Translations under genes and position numbers: made by a program
Part shown: piece by piece, positions 50,767 to 60,993 of the stretch
Layout: each line of letters opens with the position of its first letter
Numbering within the stretch: the stretch's first letter is position 1
Virus record (IMG/VR): IMGVR_UViG_3300042400_000613
Coordinates: 1 to 64,000 of that record
From: a virus
Strand: one strand, 5' to 3'
DNA: 64,000 bases
The notes under the pieces: model-generated
The model's input: the letters and a program-made list of their open reading frames with translations, nothing else
Database searches by the model: none
What the model was told of the DNA's origin: nothing

Positions 50767-52491
50767 ATGAACGAACTACACGATTTAGCTAAAAAACAAG
50801 GTTGGTCCATAGATGACATACCGGAGTGGGGCAATAATAGCTTATACTTAACAACGATGCTTGGGGGTTATTTACAAAACAAAGAAACTCCAAAAGATGC
50901 TTATAACAGAATAGCTAGTACAGCTGCAACTTATTTAAACAAACCCGAATTATTTTCCAAGTTTTTCGAGATACTTTGGAATGGTTGGCTAATACCATCA
51001 ACTCCGGTTATGAGTAACTTTGGAACTAACAGAGGATTGCCTATCTCATGCTTTGGTGGATATATCGGAGATTCTATGTACGATATATATAGAAAAAATC
51101 TCGAGATGGCTATATTATCTAAACATGGAGGAGGAACGGCTTATGATTTTTCTGAAATTAGACCTAAGGGAGCTCCAATAAAAGATGGAACTAATGGTAC
51201 TACTGATGGAATTATACCTTTTATGAAGTCTTTTGATTCTACTATTATAGCATCTAAGCAGGGTAAAATGAGAAGAGGTGCCGTAGCTTTATACTTATCT
51301 GCAAACCATCCTGAATTTGCCGACTTCTTAAAAATTAGAGAACCTAAAGGAGATATTAATAGGCAATGTCATAATATTCACATGGGCGCTAAATTCTCTA
51401 ATGATTTTATGGAGGAGGTAGTTAATAAGAATGGTAGCAAGAGAGAATTATGGCTAGAGCATATAAAAACTCGTGTTAAAACCGGAGAGCCTTACACTTT
51501 TTTTACAGATAACGCTAACGCTAATCTTAAAAGTACATTCTCTACATATAATCTCAAGGTAAGACACAGTCAATTATGCGCAGAAATAATGTTACCTTCG
51601 GATGAAAACCACACTTTTGTATGTTGCTTATCTTCTATGAATTTATATAAGTGGGAGGAGTGGTCAAAAACCGATGCAGTTTATTATGCTACTATATTTT
51701 TAGACGCAGTTATTTCCGAATTTTTAGACAAAGCTAAACACATCCAAGGAATTGAAGACTCTATAAGATTTGCTGAAAAATCTAGGGCTTTAGGATTAGG
51801 AGCATTAGGATGGGCTTCGTTGCTACAAAAAATGAGGATTCCTTTCATAGGCATACAAGCAACTTCTTTAACTCGAGTTATCTTTAGTCACTTGAAGGAA
51901 AAATCAGATAAGGCTTCTATGTGGATGGCTAGTGAATTTGGAGAGCCTACGTGGTGTAAAGGTAGTGGATATAGAAATTTAACATGTATTGCCGTAGCAC
52001 CTAATAGAAGTTCATCAAAATTAGCCGGAGGAGTATCCCAAGGAATTGAACCATTTGCCGCCAACTTATACATGGACGATGACGCAAAAGGAGCTCACTT
52101 AAGAAGAAATCCGGATTTGGAAACATTGCTAGACGAAAAAGGATTAAATACTCCTCAAACATGGGATATAATTGCAGAGGATAAAGGTTCTGTTAAAAAT
52201 ATAGATGAATTGACGGAAGAGGAGAAAGAGATATTTAGAACCTTTAAGGAAATTAATCAGTTAGAATTAGTTAGACAAGCTGCCGTAAGACAAGAGTATA
52301 TAGATCAAGGACAGTCTTTGAATCTTGCTTTTTTTCACGACGCTCCTGCTAAATGGATAAATCAAGTTCACATTGAAGCATGGAAACTAGGAATAAAAGC
52401 TCTGTACTATTTAAGATCAGAAAGTAATTTACGAGCTGATAGTAAACAACAGAGAGATTTATATTCTGAATGTATTGTTTGCGAAGGATGA
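50767..52491 (+). CDS. nrdA: Ribonucleotide reductase class I alpha subunit (no ATP cone evident)
   Basis: STPVMSN, PISCF, GGG, RRGA, QLCAEI, VCCLSS, APNRSSS, DQGQSLN, LYYLR and C-terminal CIVCEG. Confidence 0.93.
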   Translation: MNELHDLAKKQGWSIDDIPEWGNNSLYLTTMLGGYLQNKETPKDAYNRIASTAATYLNKPELFSKFFEILWNGWLIPSTPVMSNFGTNRGLPISCFGGYIGDSMYDIYRKNLEMAILSKHGGGTAYDFSEIRPKGAPIKDGTNGTTDGIIPFMKSFDSTIIASKQGKMRRGAVALYLSANHPEFADFLKIREPKGDINRQCHNIHMGAKFSNDFMEEVVNKNGSKRELWLEHIKTRVKTGEPYTFFTDNANANLKSTFSTYNLKVRHSQLCAEIMLPSDENHTFVCCLSSMNLYKWEEWSKTDAVYYATIFLDAVISEFLDKAKHIQGIEDSIRFAEKSRALGLGALGWASLLQKMRIPFIGIQATSLTRVIFSHLKEKSDKASMWMASEFGEPTWCKGSGYRNLTCIAVAPNRSSSKLAGGVSQGIEPFAANLYMDDDAKGAHLRRNPDLETLLDEKGLNTPQTWDIIAEDKGSVKNIDELTEEEKEIFRTFKEINQLELVRQAAVRQEYIDQGQSLNLAFFHDAPAKWINQVHIEAWKLGIKALYYLRSESNLRADSKQQRDLYSECIVCEG

Positions 52492-52501
52492 TAATAAAAT
52501 T

Positions 52502-52527
52502 AGAGAGGCTTTTTAGCCTCTCTTCTT
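52502..52527 (+). terminator. Probable intrinsic terminator after nrdA
   Basis: AGAGAGGCT-tttt-AGCCTCTCT followed by tctt. Confidence 0.7.
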
Positions 52528-52569
52528 AAAACTATTATATTGTTATTTGGTTATTATAAAAAAGAAAAA

Positions 52570-52842
52570 ATGATTGGCCTTAAAAAAAACGAATTAGAAG
52601 AAATATTTGATAATTTGAAAGAATTAGTTTTATACAAAGATGCTAAATATAATGGAGCAGCTGATTCTCCATTAAATATTTTTACAGGAAAGCATAAATT
52701 TGGATATCGAATTGATGATAAATTGAAAAGAATTCAAACATCTCCTGAATTAAGAAAAAATGATATAGTTGATTTAATTGGATATATAGCATTAATATTA
52801 AGAGACAAAGAATGGACTAATTTTGATGATTTAAAAGATTGA
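52570..52842 (+). CDS. Nucleotide-modification-associated (DUF1599/Nmad1-like) small protein
   Basis: KDAKY...SPLNIF...RIDDKLKRI...DIVDLIGY pattern; ATG at 52570 preferred. Confidence 0.55.
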   Translation: MIGLKKNELEEIFDNLKELVLYKDAKYNGAADSPLNIFTGKHKFGYRIDDKLKRIQTSPELRKNDIVDLIGYIALILRDKEWTNFDDLKD

Positions 52843-52851
52843 TAAAATTAT

Positions 52852-53295
52852 ATGAAAAAATGCAGTAATTGTAACATCACAAAAGAAGATGAAGATTTCC
52901 ATTTTAAAGGAAAGGGAAAGAGGAGATGTGTTTGTAAAAAATGTTACAATAGTAACTGGAAGTATAGAGTATTAAATGGTGTAATAGGTAGAGAAACTAG
53001 GAAAAAAGAAGAAACCGAGAGTGATAAAAGTAAAGAGAAGAGATTTAGAGATAAAGAAGTAAATGGTAATTTTTTAGAAGAGTTAAAAGATAGGCAAAAC
53101 GGGATGTGTTATTGGCTAAATATACCAATAGATTTTACAATGGAAGATAGGTTAAGGAAGCCTAGTTTAGATAGGTTAGATAATAATATTGGGTATCGTA
53201 AAGACAATGTTGTTTTAACTACTATTTTTGCGAATACAGGAAGAAGAGATGCTACAATAGAGGAAATGTTAAAATTTATTTCGGATTACTTATAA
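52852..53295 (+). CDS. Zinc-finger HNH-like endonuclease
   Basis: CSNC...CKKC N-terminus; QNGMCYW...PSLDRLDNNIGYRKDNVVLT...N. Confidence 0.65.
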   Translation: MKKCSNCNITKEDEDFHFKGKGKRRCVCKKCYNSNWKYRVLNGVIGRETRKKEETESDKSKEKRFRDKEVNGNFLEELKDRQNGMCYWLNIPIDFTMEDRLRKPSLDRLDNNIGYRKDNVVLTTIFANTGRRDATIEEMLKFISDYL

Positions 53296-53322
53296 TACAT
53301 TTGGTTTTTATAAAAAAAGGTT

Positions 53323-55680
53323 ATGGCAATTATAAAGAATTATATTACATGTAAAAACTTAAATGAAGTAAAGGATTTAGCTGAGAAGATAAATACCTAT
53401 AGTATCATAAGTTTCGACGTGGAGTCAACAGGTCTTAACGTAAGGAAAGACCTTATTGTAGGCATGTCATTTGGGTTTGAGCCCGGGCTATCCTACTATT
53501 TACCTACTCATGAGTGGTCGGTAGAAAAACAAGAACTAATTGCTTTGTCCACGGATTCTTACAGTAATGTTAAATTAGCCAAAGGTCTCATCAATAAATT
53601 AGTAGGAAAGAAGCTAATAATGCACAATGCCTCTTATGATACTTCTATTGTACTAAGTAATTATGGAATTGATTTACTCCCATCTTTACACGCAGATACT
53701 ATTTTACTAGTACACACAACTAGAGAGGAGGGATCTATTGGATATGGCAGGCCATTTGCCCTTAAGTCTATCGGAAAACTTGTTCAAAAGTATATAGATT
53801 TAGATGTCGACAAAGAAGCGAACGAGGAACAGATTTTAATGAAAGAGTCCGTAAAAAATAACGGAGGTCTTATAACCCAGGATAATTTTGAAATATATAA
53901 GGCTGATTTAAGTATTCTAGCAAAGTACGCCTGCGCAGATACAGACTTAACATTGAGGATTTATCTTCTTTTTTCTAAAGTATTAGAAAAGGAAGGACTA
54001 GAAGATTTTTTCTATAATATTGAAGTAATGCCTCTATACAAAGAAGTAACGGTTCCTATGGAAAGAGAGGGAATTTTAATGGACTTTGACAAGATTAAAG
54101 AAGCTCAGAGAGATATTATAGAAGACATAAAAACCATAAAAGATGAAGTGTATGCTTCTTTAAGGGAGTCTAATGAATTTAAAAGTTGGGTGTATTCTAC
54201 CGCCAATAGTAAGTATCCTTCATTCAAGAAAGACGGTAATTCATGGATTCCAGTAAGAGGTGCTATCTTACCGGAACTTGTTAAATTGGCTGGAATTTCT
54301 GATTATTTTTTAAATGATAAAAATGAGATAAAAATATTAAAAAATAAAGTACTAACTTTACCTGACAGCGAGATAAAAACATATCTTTTAGGAGAATCCT
54401 TTTCCCCTACAACTATTTCCGATAATCTTAAAAAACTTCTAGCTTTTTCCTCGGTTAATTTATGGAAAAAAGCTAATGATAATGAACTTATAAACATTAA
54501 CTCAAAACAACAATTAGCATCTTTTGTATTCAATTTCTTAAATGAAAAACCAATAACATACACCGATAAAGGCGCCGCGCAGTTCAATGAGTCTTTCGTG
54601 GAATCAATAAGTGATAAATATGATTGGAGTAGGAAATTAACTGTGTATAATAAGCTGAATAAGCTAAAATCAGCATACATGGATAGATTTATAGATAGTT
54701 GCGAAGACGGAAGATACTACTTTTATTATCAACAGCACGGAACTGTTTCCGGAAGATACAGTAGTGACGCGCAACAACTACCAAGACCTTTTGAATCAGA
54801 TCAAGGCGTAGATCCTAGAGTGTATAAGTACACTAACATGATTAGAACCTTTTTTATCTGTGACGAAGATACTACTTTTATAGATTGTGATTATGTTAGT
54901 TTAGAGCCTCATATATTCGCACATATAAGCGGAGACGAAGGCCTTAGAGATATATTCAGAAAGAATTGGGATTTCTACTCTCGTATTGCAATAGACACAG
55001 AAAAATTATCTCAATATTCGGCAAATCCGGAGGATAGTAATTTTTTAAAAAAAGTAAACAAGACTTTAAGAAACAAAGCAAAAAGTTATTCTTTAGGCAT
55101 TCCTTACGGAATGTCTGCTTTCGCTTTAGGTAAAACTATAGAGGTTCCCACAAAAGAAGCTAAAATATTGATAGATGGATATTTAAATGCCTATCCGGAA
55201 CTTAAAAAATGGATGATAGAAAGTGAGGAGTTTGTAAAAAATAATGGGTACATTAAATGTCAATCGGGAAGAATAAGACATTTACCAAAAGTAAAAGAAT
55301 ATTACAGTAAATTTAAAGACAAGCTACTTGATTATGATTTTAGGGAAAGTTTAAAAAGAGATTTCAGCGAGAAAGAAATTACAGATATGTATAGAGATTA
55401 TAAAAACGGATTAAACAATGCCAAGAATATTCAAATACAGTCTATGGCGGCTCATATTGTAAATAAATCCGCTCTATTAGTTAATAGAGAATTTATAAAA
55501 AGAGAAATTAAAGGACTTGTAGTAGCTCAAATCCATGACCAGTTAATATTTAAAGTAGAGAACTCTAGGAAAGATGAGGCATTAAGCATAGTTCAAGATA
55601 TAATGGAAAACTCTACAAAGTTAAGTATAGATTTAAAAGCACCTCCGGAATTATCTAAAAATTGGCAAGAAGGACATTAA
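53323..55680 (+). CDS. polA: DNA polymerase family A with 3'-5' exonuclease
   Basis: Exonuclease motifs FDVESTG, HNASYD, YACAD; polymerase GTVSGRYSS, motif A DCDYVSLEPH, motif B RNKAKSYSLGIPYG, motif C QIHDQL. Confidence 0.95.
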   Translation: MAIIKNYITCKNLNEVKDLAEKINTYSIISFDVESTGLNVRKDLIVGMSFGFEPGLSYYLPTHEWSVEKQELIALSTDSYSNVKLAKGLINKLVGKKLIMHNASYDTSIVLSNYGIDLLPSLHADTILLVHTTREEGSIGYGRPFALKSIGKLVQKYIDLDVDKEANEEQILMKESVKNNGGLITQDNFEIYKADLSILAKYACADTDLTLRIYLLFSKVLEKEGLEDFFYNIEVMPLYKEVTVPMEREGILMDFDKIKEAQRDIIEDIKTIKDEVYASLRESNEFKSWVYSTANSKYPSFKKDGNSWIPVRGAILPELVKLAGISDYFLNDKNEIKILKNKVLTLPDSEIKTYLLGESFSPTTISDNLKKLLAFSSVNLWKKANDNELININSKQQLASFVFNFLNEKPITYTDKGAAQFNESFVESISDKYDWSRKLTVYNKLNKLKSAYMDRFIDSCEDGRYYFYYQQHGTVSGRYSSDAQQLPRPFESDQGVDPRVYKYTNMIRTFFICDEDTTFIDCDYVSLEPHIFAHISGDEGLRDIFRKNWDFYSRIAIDTEKLSQYSANPEDSNFLKKVNKTLRNKAKSYSLGIPYGMSAFALGKTIEVPTKEAKILIDGYLNAYPELKKWMIESEEFVKNNGYIKCQSGRIRHLPKVKEYYSKFKDKLLDYDFRESLKRDFSEKEITDMYRDYKNGLNNAKNIQIQSMAAHIVNKSALLVNREFIKREIKGLVVAQIHDQLIFKVENSRKDEALSIVQDIMENSTKLSIDLKAPPELSKNWQEGH

Positions 55681-55754
55681 TTAGTAAATATTAACTAATT
55701 ATTGTAAACATTAAACTTTTTATTTACTTTAACGTTTTATTAAAAACTAAAAGA

Positions 55755-55976
55755 ATGAATTTACCACCAATGGAACCTGCAAAATTACAGATAACTCCGG
55801 AACAAATGGATTCTATCTGCTGTGATGCTTGCGGACATGAATATTTTAAGCAAGTTTTAATCCTAAAAAGGATTAGTAAGCTATACACTGGCACTACTAA
55901 AGACAAAGTTGTCACTATGCCCGCATTTGTATGCGACGCTTGCGGAGAGCCAATAGATATGGAAAAATTGTCATAA
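55755..55976 (+). CDS. Small zinc-ribbon protein
   Basis: Two CDACG motifs. Confidence 0.65.
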   Translation: MNLPPMEPAKLQITPEQMDSICCDACGHEYFKQVLILKRISKLYTGTTKDKVVTMPAFVCDACGEPIDMEKLS

Positions 55977-55985
55977 GTAAAATAA

Positions 55986-56939
55986 ATGGTTTTGGAAGAT
56001 TTAAAAGTAAAGTTGAATGAGGCTATAGTTTTTGCTAATGAAGTAAAGAAAAAACCTCACAGACATGTTTCTTTCTCTCAGTTCTCCATGTATAGTCAAT
56101 GTGCTAAAAAATGGTTTTTGAGCTACGCTTTAAAGCTAGGTACAAGACCTCCTTCGATACACATGACTTTTGGGACGGCGTTTCACGAAGTACTACAGGA
56201 ATACATAACTTTGTATCACGACAAGAGCGCTAAAGATAATGGAAAAGTTGATTTTGATATAGAGTTAATAAATAAAATAAAAGAGATATATAAGAGAGAT
56301 TACAATAATTACGGAAAACATTTTTCCACAAGTTCGGAATTGTCTGAATTTTGTGAACAAGGTGTAAAAATTCTAAATCATATAAGAAGTAACTATAATT
56401 CATATTATGATAGACAAAATTGGACGCTTTTGGGCGTAGAGGTTCCTCTGATGGTAAAAATACTAAATTCGGAGGAGCCTCTCTATTTTATTCTGTTTAT
56501 AGACTTATTATTTTATGATAAACTTAACAATACTTTAATCATAGATGATATAAAAACTTCCGGCAAAGGATGGAGCTCTTACTCCAAGAAGGATAAAATA
56601 AAAACATCTCAGGTATTACTATATAAGGCTTTTTTATCCAAAAGTCTCGGATTAGATTATAAAAAAATAGATACGAGGTTTACTATAGTGAGAAGAATAA
56701 CAGATGCTTATGACTTTCCTCTTAGTAGAGTGCAGTTATTTAAGCCTGCTCAATCAAATAAATCTACTGATTTAGCTTTAGATAGTTTTAAAGATTTCGT
56801 AAAAACGGTATTTGACAAAGAAGGAAATTATAGACATGATATAGAATACCCAGCCGTAACAGGAAATAATTGTTTTAACTGCAATTACTGCGAATTTAAT
56901 GATAGACATGACATTTGCCCTATAGAAAATAGATTATAA
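55986..56939 (+). CDS. PD-(D/E)XK exonuclease, Cas4/AddB-like
   Basis: SFSQFSMYSQC, FGTAFHEVLQ, FIDLL, IDDIKT, QVLLY; C-terminal CFNCNYC...C. Confidence 0.8.
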   Translation: MVLEDLKVKLNEAIVFANEVKKKPHRHVSFSQFSMYSQCAKKWFLSYALKLGTRPPSIHMTFGTAFHEVLQEYITLYHDKSAKDNGKVDFDIELINKIKEIYKRDYNNYGKHFSTSSELSEFCEQGVKILNHIRSNYNSYYDRQNWTLLGVEVPLMVKILNSEEPLYFILFIDLLFYDKLNNTLIIDDIKTSGKGWSSYSKKDKIKTSQVLLYKAFLSKSLGLDYKKIDTRFTIVRRITDAYDFPLSRVQLFKPAQSNKSTDLALDSFKDFVKTVFDKEGNYRHDIEYPAVTGNNCFNCNYCEFNDRHDICPIENRL

Positions 56940-56957
56940 AATCACAAATTACATAAA

Positions 56958-58454
56958 ATGAATTTTGAATTACCTAAACTAAGGAAAATAACCAATAGGC
57001 CAAAGAAGAAAAAAATACTACTTCTTTCGGATGACCTGCGTCTAAATTCAGGTATTGGTGTAATGTCTAGAGAACTTGTAGTTGGGACAGCAAAACACTT
57101 TGATTGGGTTCAACTAGGTGCCGCTATAAAAAACCCCGATGCAGGTAAAATAATTGATGTTTCCGAAGATGTTAATAAGGAAATGGGTATTGATGACGCT
57201 AGCGTATTGATTTATCCTAATAATGGATATGGAGACCCCCAAAAACTAAGAGAAATTATTTCTAGAGAATCGCCTGATGCAATACTACATTTTACAGATC
57301 CTCGTTTTTGGGAGTGGCTATACGACATGGAAAGAGAAATTAGAACATCTATTCCAATAATGTATTATAATATATGGGATGATTTACCATATCCTCATTG
57401 GAATGCAGAATTTTATGCATCATGTGATTTTATATTTAACATTTCTAAACAGACTCATAATTTAGTTAATATAGTATTAGAAGAAAATGAGTATAAGACA
57501 CATGACTTAGATTGTGGAATGCCTGAAAACTTTTCAAATGATACAACATATACCGCTTATATCCCGCATGGTATAAACAATAAGCACATTTATAAAATAT
57601 CAGAGAAAAGCGAAGTATTTGAAGAATATACAAAGTATATATCCGAATTTAAAAAGGAAACTCCTACCGATTTTCTAGTCTTCTGGAATAACAGAAATAT
57701 CAGAAGAAAACAACCAGGAGATGTTATTCTCGCTTTTAGTAAATTCTGTGAGCTTCTAAGAGATGAGAACAAAGCTAGTAGATGTGTCTTGGTTATGCAC
57801 ACCGACCCTATTGATGGAAACGGAACAGATTTAATAGCCACAGTAAAAGCCATAAATCCAATAGGAAAAGTTATCTTTTCGGATAAAAAGATAGATACTA
57901 AGACTTTAAATTTTTGGTATAATTTCGCTGATGTTGTTGTTAACATAGCATCTAACGAAGGTTTCGGATTATCCGGTGCTGAAGCCATAATGGCCGGAAC
58001 GCCTATCATAAACAATGTAACCGGTGGTCTACAAGATCAATGCGGATTTGTTGACAGCAAAGGAAATCACATGAAGTTCACAAAAGAGTTCCCTACAAAT
58101 CATTCGGGGGTACTTAGAAATCATGGAGAATGGGCTTATCCAGTATTTCCTAGCAATAGATCTTTACAAGGTTCCCCGGCAACTCCGTACATCTTTGACG
58201 ATAGAGTTTCTTTTGAGGATGTAGCTGTAGCCCTTTTACATTGGTACAATATTCCTAGAACAGAAAGAAAAGCTTTAGGAAGTAAAGGTATAGACTTTGC
58301 CTTAAATCCTGAGATAGGTATGTCAGCAGAAGAAATGAGTAATAGATTTATTAAAAACATAGGTATAGCCTTAGATAACTGGAAGCCTAGATCTAAATTC
58401 TCACTTCACAAAATAAAACCAGAAAAAACTAATAAAGCAATAGGAATTTTATGA
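56958..58454 (+). CDS. Glycosyltransferase (GT4-like, GT-B)
   Basis: LLLSDDLRLNSGIG, YIPHGI, NRNIRRKQPGD, NEGFGLSGAEA. Confidence 0.85.
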   Translation: MNFELPKLRKITNRPKKKKILLLSDDLRLNSGIGVMSRELVVGTAKHFDWVQLGAAIKNPDAGKIIDVSEDVNKEMGIDDASVLIYPNNGYGDPQKLREIISRESPDAILHFTDPRFWEWLYDMEREIRTSIPIMYYNIWDDLPYPHWNAEFYASCDFIFNISKQTHNLVNIVLEENEYKTHDLDCGMPENFSNDTTYTAYIPHGINNKHIYKISEKSEVFEEYTKYISEFKKETPTDFLVFWNNRNIRRKQPGDVILAFSKFCELLRDENKASRCVLVMHTDPIDGNGTDLIATVKAINPIGKVIFSDKKIDTKTLNFWYNFADVVVNIASNEGFGLSGAEAIMAGTPIINNVTGGLQDQCGFVDSKGNHMKFTKEFPTNHSGVLRNHGEWAYPVFPSNRSLQGSPATPYIFDDRVSFEDVAVALLHWYNIPRTERKALGSKGIDFALNPEIGMSAEEMSNRFIKNIGIALDNWKPRSKFSLHKIKPEKTNKAIGIL

Positions 58455-59740
58455 AAAAGAAAGTAACTCTAGTAGCACCTGTATATACAGCCTCAGGATA
58501 TGGAGCGCACGGAAGAGATATTGCCTGGGCATTAATTGCATTACAGGACAAGTACGATTTAAAAATTGTCTCTACAGCATGGGGAAACACTCCGACTAAT
58601 GCACTAGACAAAAATAATCCAAATGATTTGGAGATTATTAAAAGAATTGTACCTAAAACTGACGCAAATGACGATATTTTTATACAACTGACTATTCCTA
58701 ATGAATTTGTTAGATGTGGAAAATATAATATAGGATTTACTGCTGGAATTGAGACAGACATGTGTGCTCCTAAATGGATTGAAGGATGTAATAACATGGA
58801 TATGCTTCTTACAACATCTAAGCATTCTTTGGATGTTATAAACGATTCTGTTTTTGACAAAGTAAACAAAAATACAAATCAACTCGAAGGAACTCTAAAG
58901 CTCAGAGATGGCCTCAGGAAGGAGATTTTATTTGAGGGGGTTGACACGACACTATACACTAATAAAATGAATCCTGATGAAAATATGGGGATTTTAGAGC
59001 ATGTCAAGGAAGACTTCTGTTATCTATTTGTAGGACATTGGCTGCAAGGTTCTTTTGGAAATGATAGAAAGAATGTAGGAGCCATGATAAAAGTATTTTT
59101 TGATACCTTTAAACGAATGCCCGCAAACAATAGGCCGGCGTTAATATTAAAAACTAGTGGAGGTAAATACTCGGTAGGTGATTTAAATGAAATACAATCT
59201 AAAATTAGATCTATACTAGACGGGGAAGCTGGACCTAACATCTATGTACTTCATGGAGATTTATCAGATGGAGAAATGAATAATCTATACAACGACCCAA
59301 AAGTAAAAGCAATGATTTCTTTCACTAAAGGAGAGGGATACGGCAGGCCTTTAGCGGAATTTTCCGTAACTGGAAAGCCTATCATCGCTTCTAATTGGTC
59401 CGGTCAGCTTGACTTCTTACACCCTAAGTATTCTTCACTTCTTCCTGGTAGATTGGAACAAGTGGATAGATCTGTAGTAAACGATTGGTTTATTCAGGAC
59501 GCAAAATGGTTTACCGTAGATTATATGTATTCGGCTGGAGTTATTGCAGATGTTTTTACTAGATATAAAAAACATAAGGAGAATGCGGAAAAGCAAAGAG
59601 TACATACACTAACTCATTTTTCTTTTGAGAAAATGGTAGATAAGTTAGAGGAAATCTTAGATTCTATTGAAATAGAACAGTCTAGTAATCAACCTAAATT
59701 AAATACATTAAAATTACCAAAACTAAAACTAGTAGAATGA
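58451..59740 (+). CDS. Glycosyltransferase (GT4-like, GT-B)
   Basis: SGYGAHGRD, FVGHW, DRKN, KGEGYGRPLAEF, PIIASNWSGQLDF. Confidence 0.85.
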   Translation: MKKKVTLVAPVYTASGYGAHGRDIAWALIALQDKYDLKIVSTAWGNTPTNALDKNNPNDLEIIKRIVPKTDANDDIFIQLTIPNEFVRCGKYNIGFTAGIETDMCAPKWIEGCNNMDMLLTTSKHSLDVINDSVFDKVNKNTNQLEGTLKLRDGLRKEILFEGVDTTLYTNKMNPDENMGILEHVKEDFCYLFVGHWLQGSFGNDRKNVGAMIKVFFDTFKRMPANNRPALILKTSGGKYSVGDLNEIQSKIRSILDGEAGPNIYVLHGDLSDGEMNNLYNDPKVKAMISFTKGEGYGRPLAEFSVTGKPIIASNWSGQLDFLHPKYSSLLPGRLEQVDRSVVNDWFIQDAKWFTVDYMYSAGVIADVFTRYKKHKENAEKQRVHTLTHFSFEKMVDKLEEILDSIEIEQSSNQPKLNTLKLPKLKLVE

Positions 59741-60204
59741 TTAGCGAAACATTAGAAGAGAAATCTCCTATTACAGGGAAAGACGAAGTTATTGTTGAAC
59801 TTACTGACTCTGGAATTCTTACCAAATTATGCATGGGCAGCGGCTACTATACGGACTCAAGTCTTGTTCTTGGCTCGGATAATCAGATTCAGTATGAGTC
59901 GACGCTGCCCCGGATTTGTATCGACAAGCGGCACATTGACGTGGACCATTGCGTTTGGTATCCTTTTATATTCTCATTGGACAAGGCGGTTATTTTTCCG
60001 GACGAGGGTGAGAATAGGAAATTAGTATGGAAAGTTTGTGCTATTGTGGACTTTACTAAGGATGATGTAGAGTCTTACCCAAATGCAGAGATTCAACGTA
60101 AAGTAGATGTGGATAACTCTATTGAATTTGACGCGAACGGCTTTGCTTTGGCCTTTGAGAAACTATATGAATTAAACGCTCCAAAATACAGAGAAATTGG
60201 ATAA
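59737..60204 (+). CDS. Hypothetical protein
   Basis: ORF coupled to both neighbours within the GT cluster. Confidence 0.55.
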   Translation: MISETLEEKSPITGKDEVIVELTDSGILTKLCMGSGYYTDSSLVLGSDNQIQYESTLPRICIDKRHIDVDHCVWYPFIFSLDKAVIFPDEGENRKLVWKVCAIVDFTKDDVESYPNAEIQRKVDVDNSIEFDANGFALAFEKLYELNAPKYREIG

Positions 60205-60967
60205 CATATTTATTTCCTACTGTGTTACTGCTTGCAATGAGAACGAGGAATTGTTTGTATTACTTTCCCAGTTAGAAGGCGTTTTGGGAATAGATACGGA
60301 AATTATAGTACAGACAGATTCCTCCAAGGTAACTAAAGATGTTCTGCATGTAATTAATAATCATGACATCTCGGATTCTATAAAGCATGTGAATTTTCCA
60401 TTGAACGGAGATTTTTCTACATTTAAAAACAATTTATTCAAACATGCAAGAGGAGAATGGATTTTTCAAATTGATGCAGATGAATTGTTGAATCAATATT
60501 TGCTTTATAATTTAAGAGAATTGTTGGAGATTAATGAAAACATGGAGATGATTGCGGTTCCTCGGGTAAACATAGTAGAAGGTATTACACAGGATTGGAT
60601 TAATCAATGGAAATGGAATATAAGTAAACAGGACAATGCTATAGGTTCTACTACGGAGCCTATAAGCATTTACAGTGACTTCTATAAGGTTCTTGAGACG
60701 AATAATCTAATTAAAGAAGATTATAAGGTAAACGATAAAGGAGATAGTAGGATAGTTGTTTATCATAAGCCTATTATTAATTTTCCGGATTATCAAACTA
60801 GGATATATAGGAACAAGGATAGTATTAGATTTAAGAATAAAGTACATGAGGTAATTACAGGGTATTCACATTACTCTGCTATTCCTAGTGATTGGAATTG
60901 GTGCTTATTACATGTTAAGGATATTACTAAGCAGATAAGTCAAAATGAAATGTATTCTAAATTATAA
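60197..60967 (+). CDS. Glycosyltransferase family 2-like (GT-A)
   Basis: ISYCVTACNE, DFSTFKN, WIFQIDADE (DxD), PDYQTRIY, VHE. Confidence 0.8.
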   Translation: MDNIFISYCVTACNENEELFVLLSQLEGVLGIDTEIIVQTDSSKVTKDVLHVINNHDISDSIKHVNFPLNGDFSTFKNNLFKHARGEWIFQIDADELLNQYLLYNLRELLEINENMEMIAVPRVNIVEGITQDWINQWKWNISKQDNAIGSTTEPISIYSDFYKVLETNNLIKEDYKVNDKGDSRIVVYHKPIINFPDYQTRIYRNKDSIRFKNKVHEVITGYSHYSAIPSDWNWCLLHVKDITKQISQNEMYSKL

Positions 60968-60993
60968 TATGATTATTCCTAAATGTTGAACTT

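Noticed and set aside
55986-56939. Cas4-like nuclease as evidence of a CRISPR-Cas system
   Set aside because: Stand-alone Cas4/PD-(D/E)XK nucleases are common in phage replication modules; no cas1, cas2 or array is present.
59792-60025. Alternative + frame ORFs (59792-60025, 45300-45500)
   Set aside because: Fully nested in better-supported genes and without recognisable motifs.
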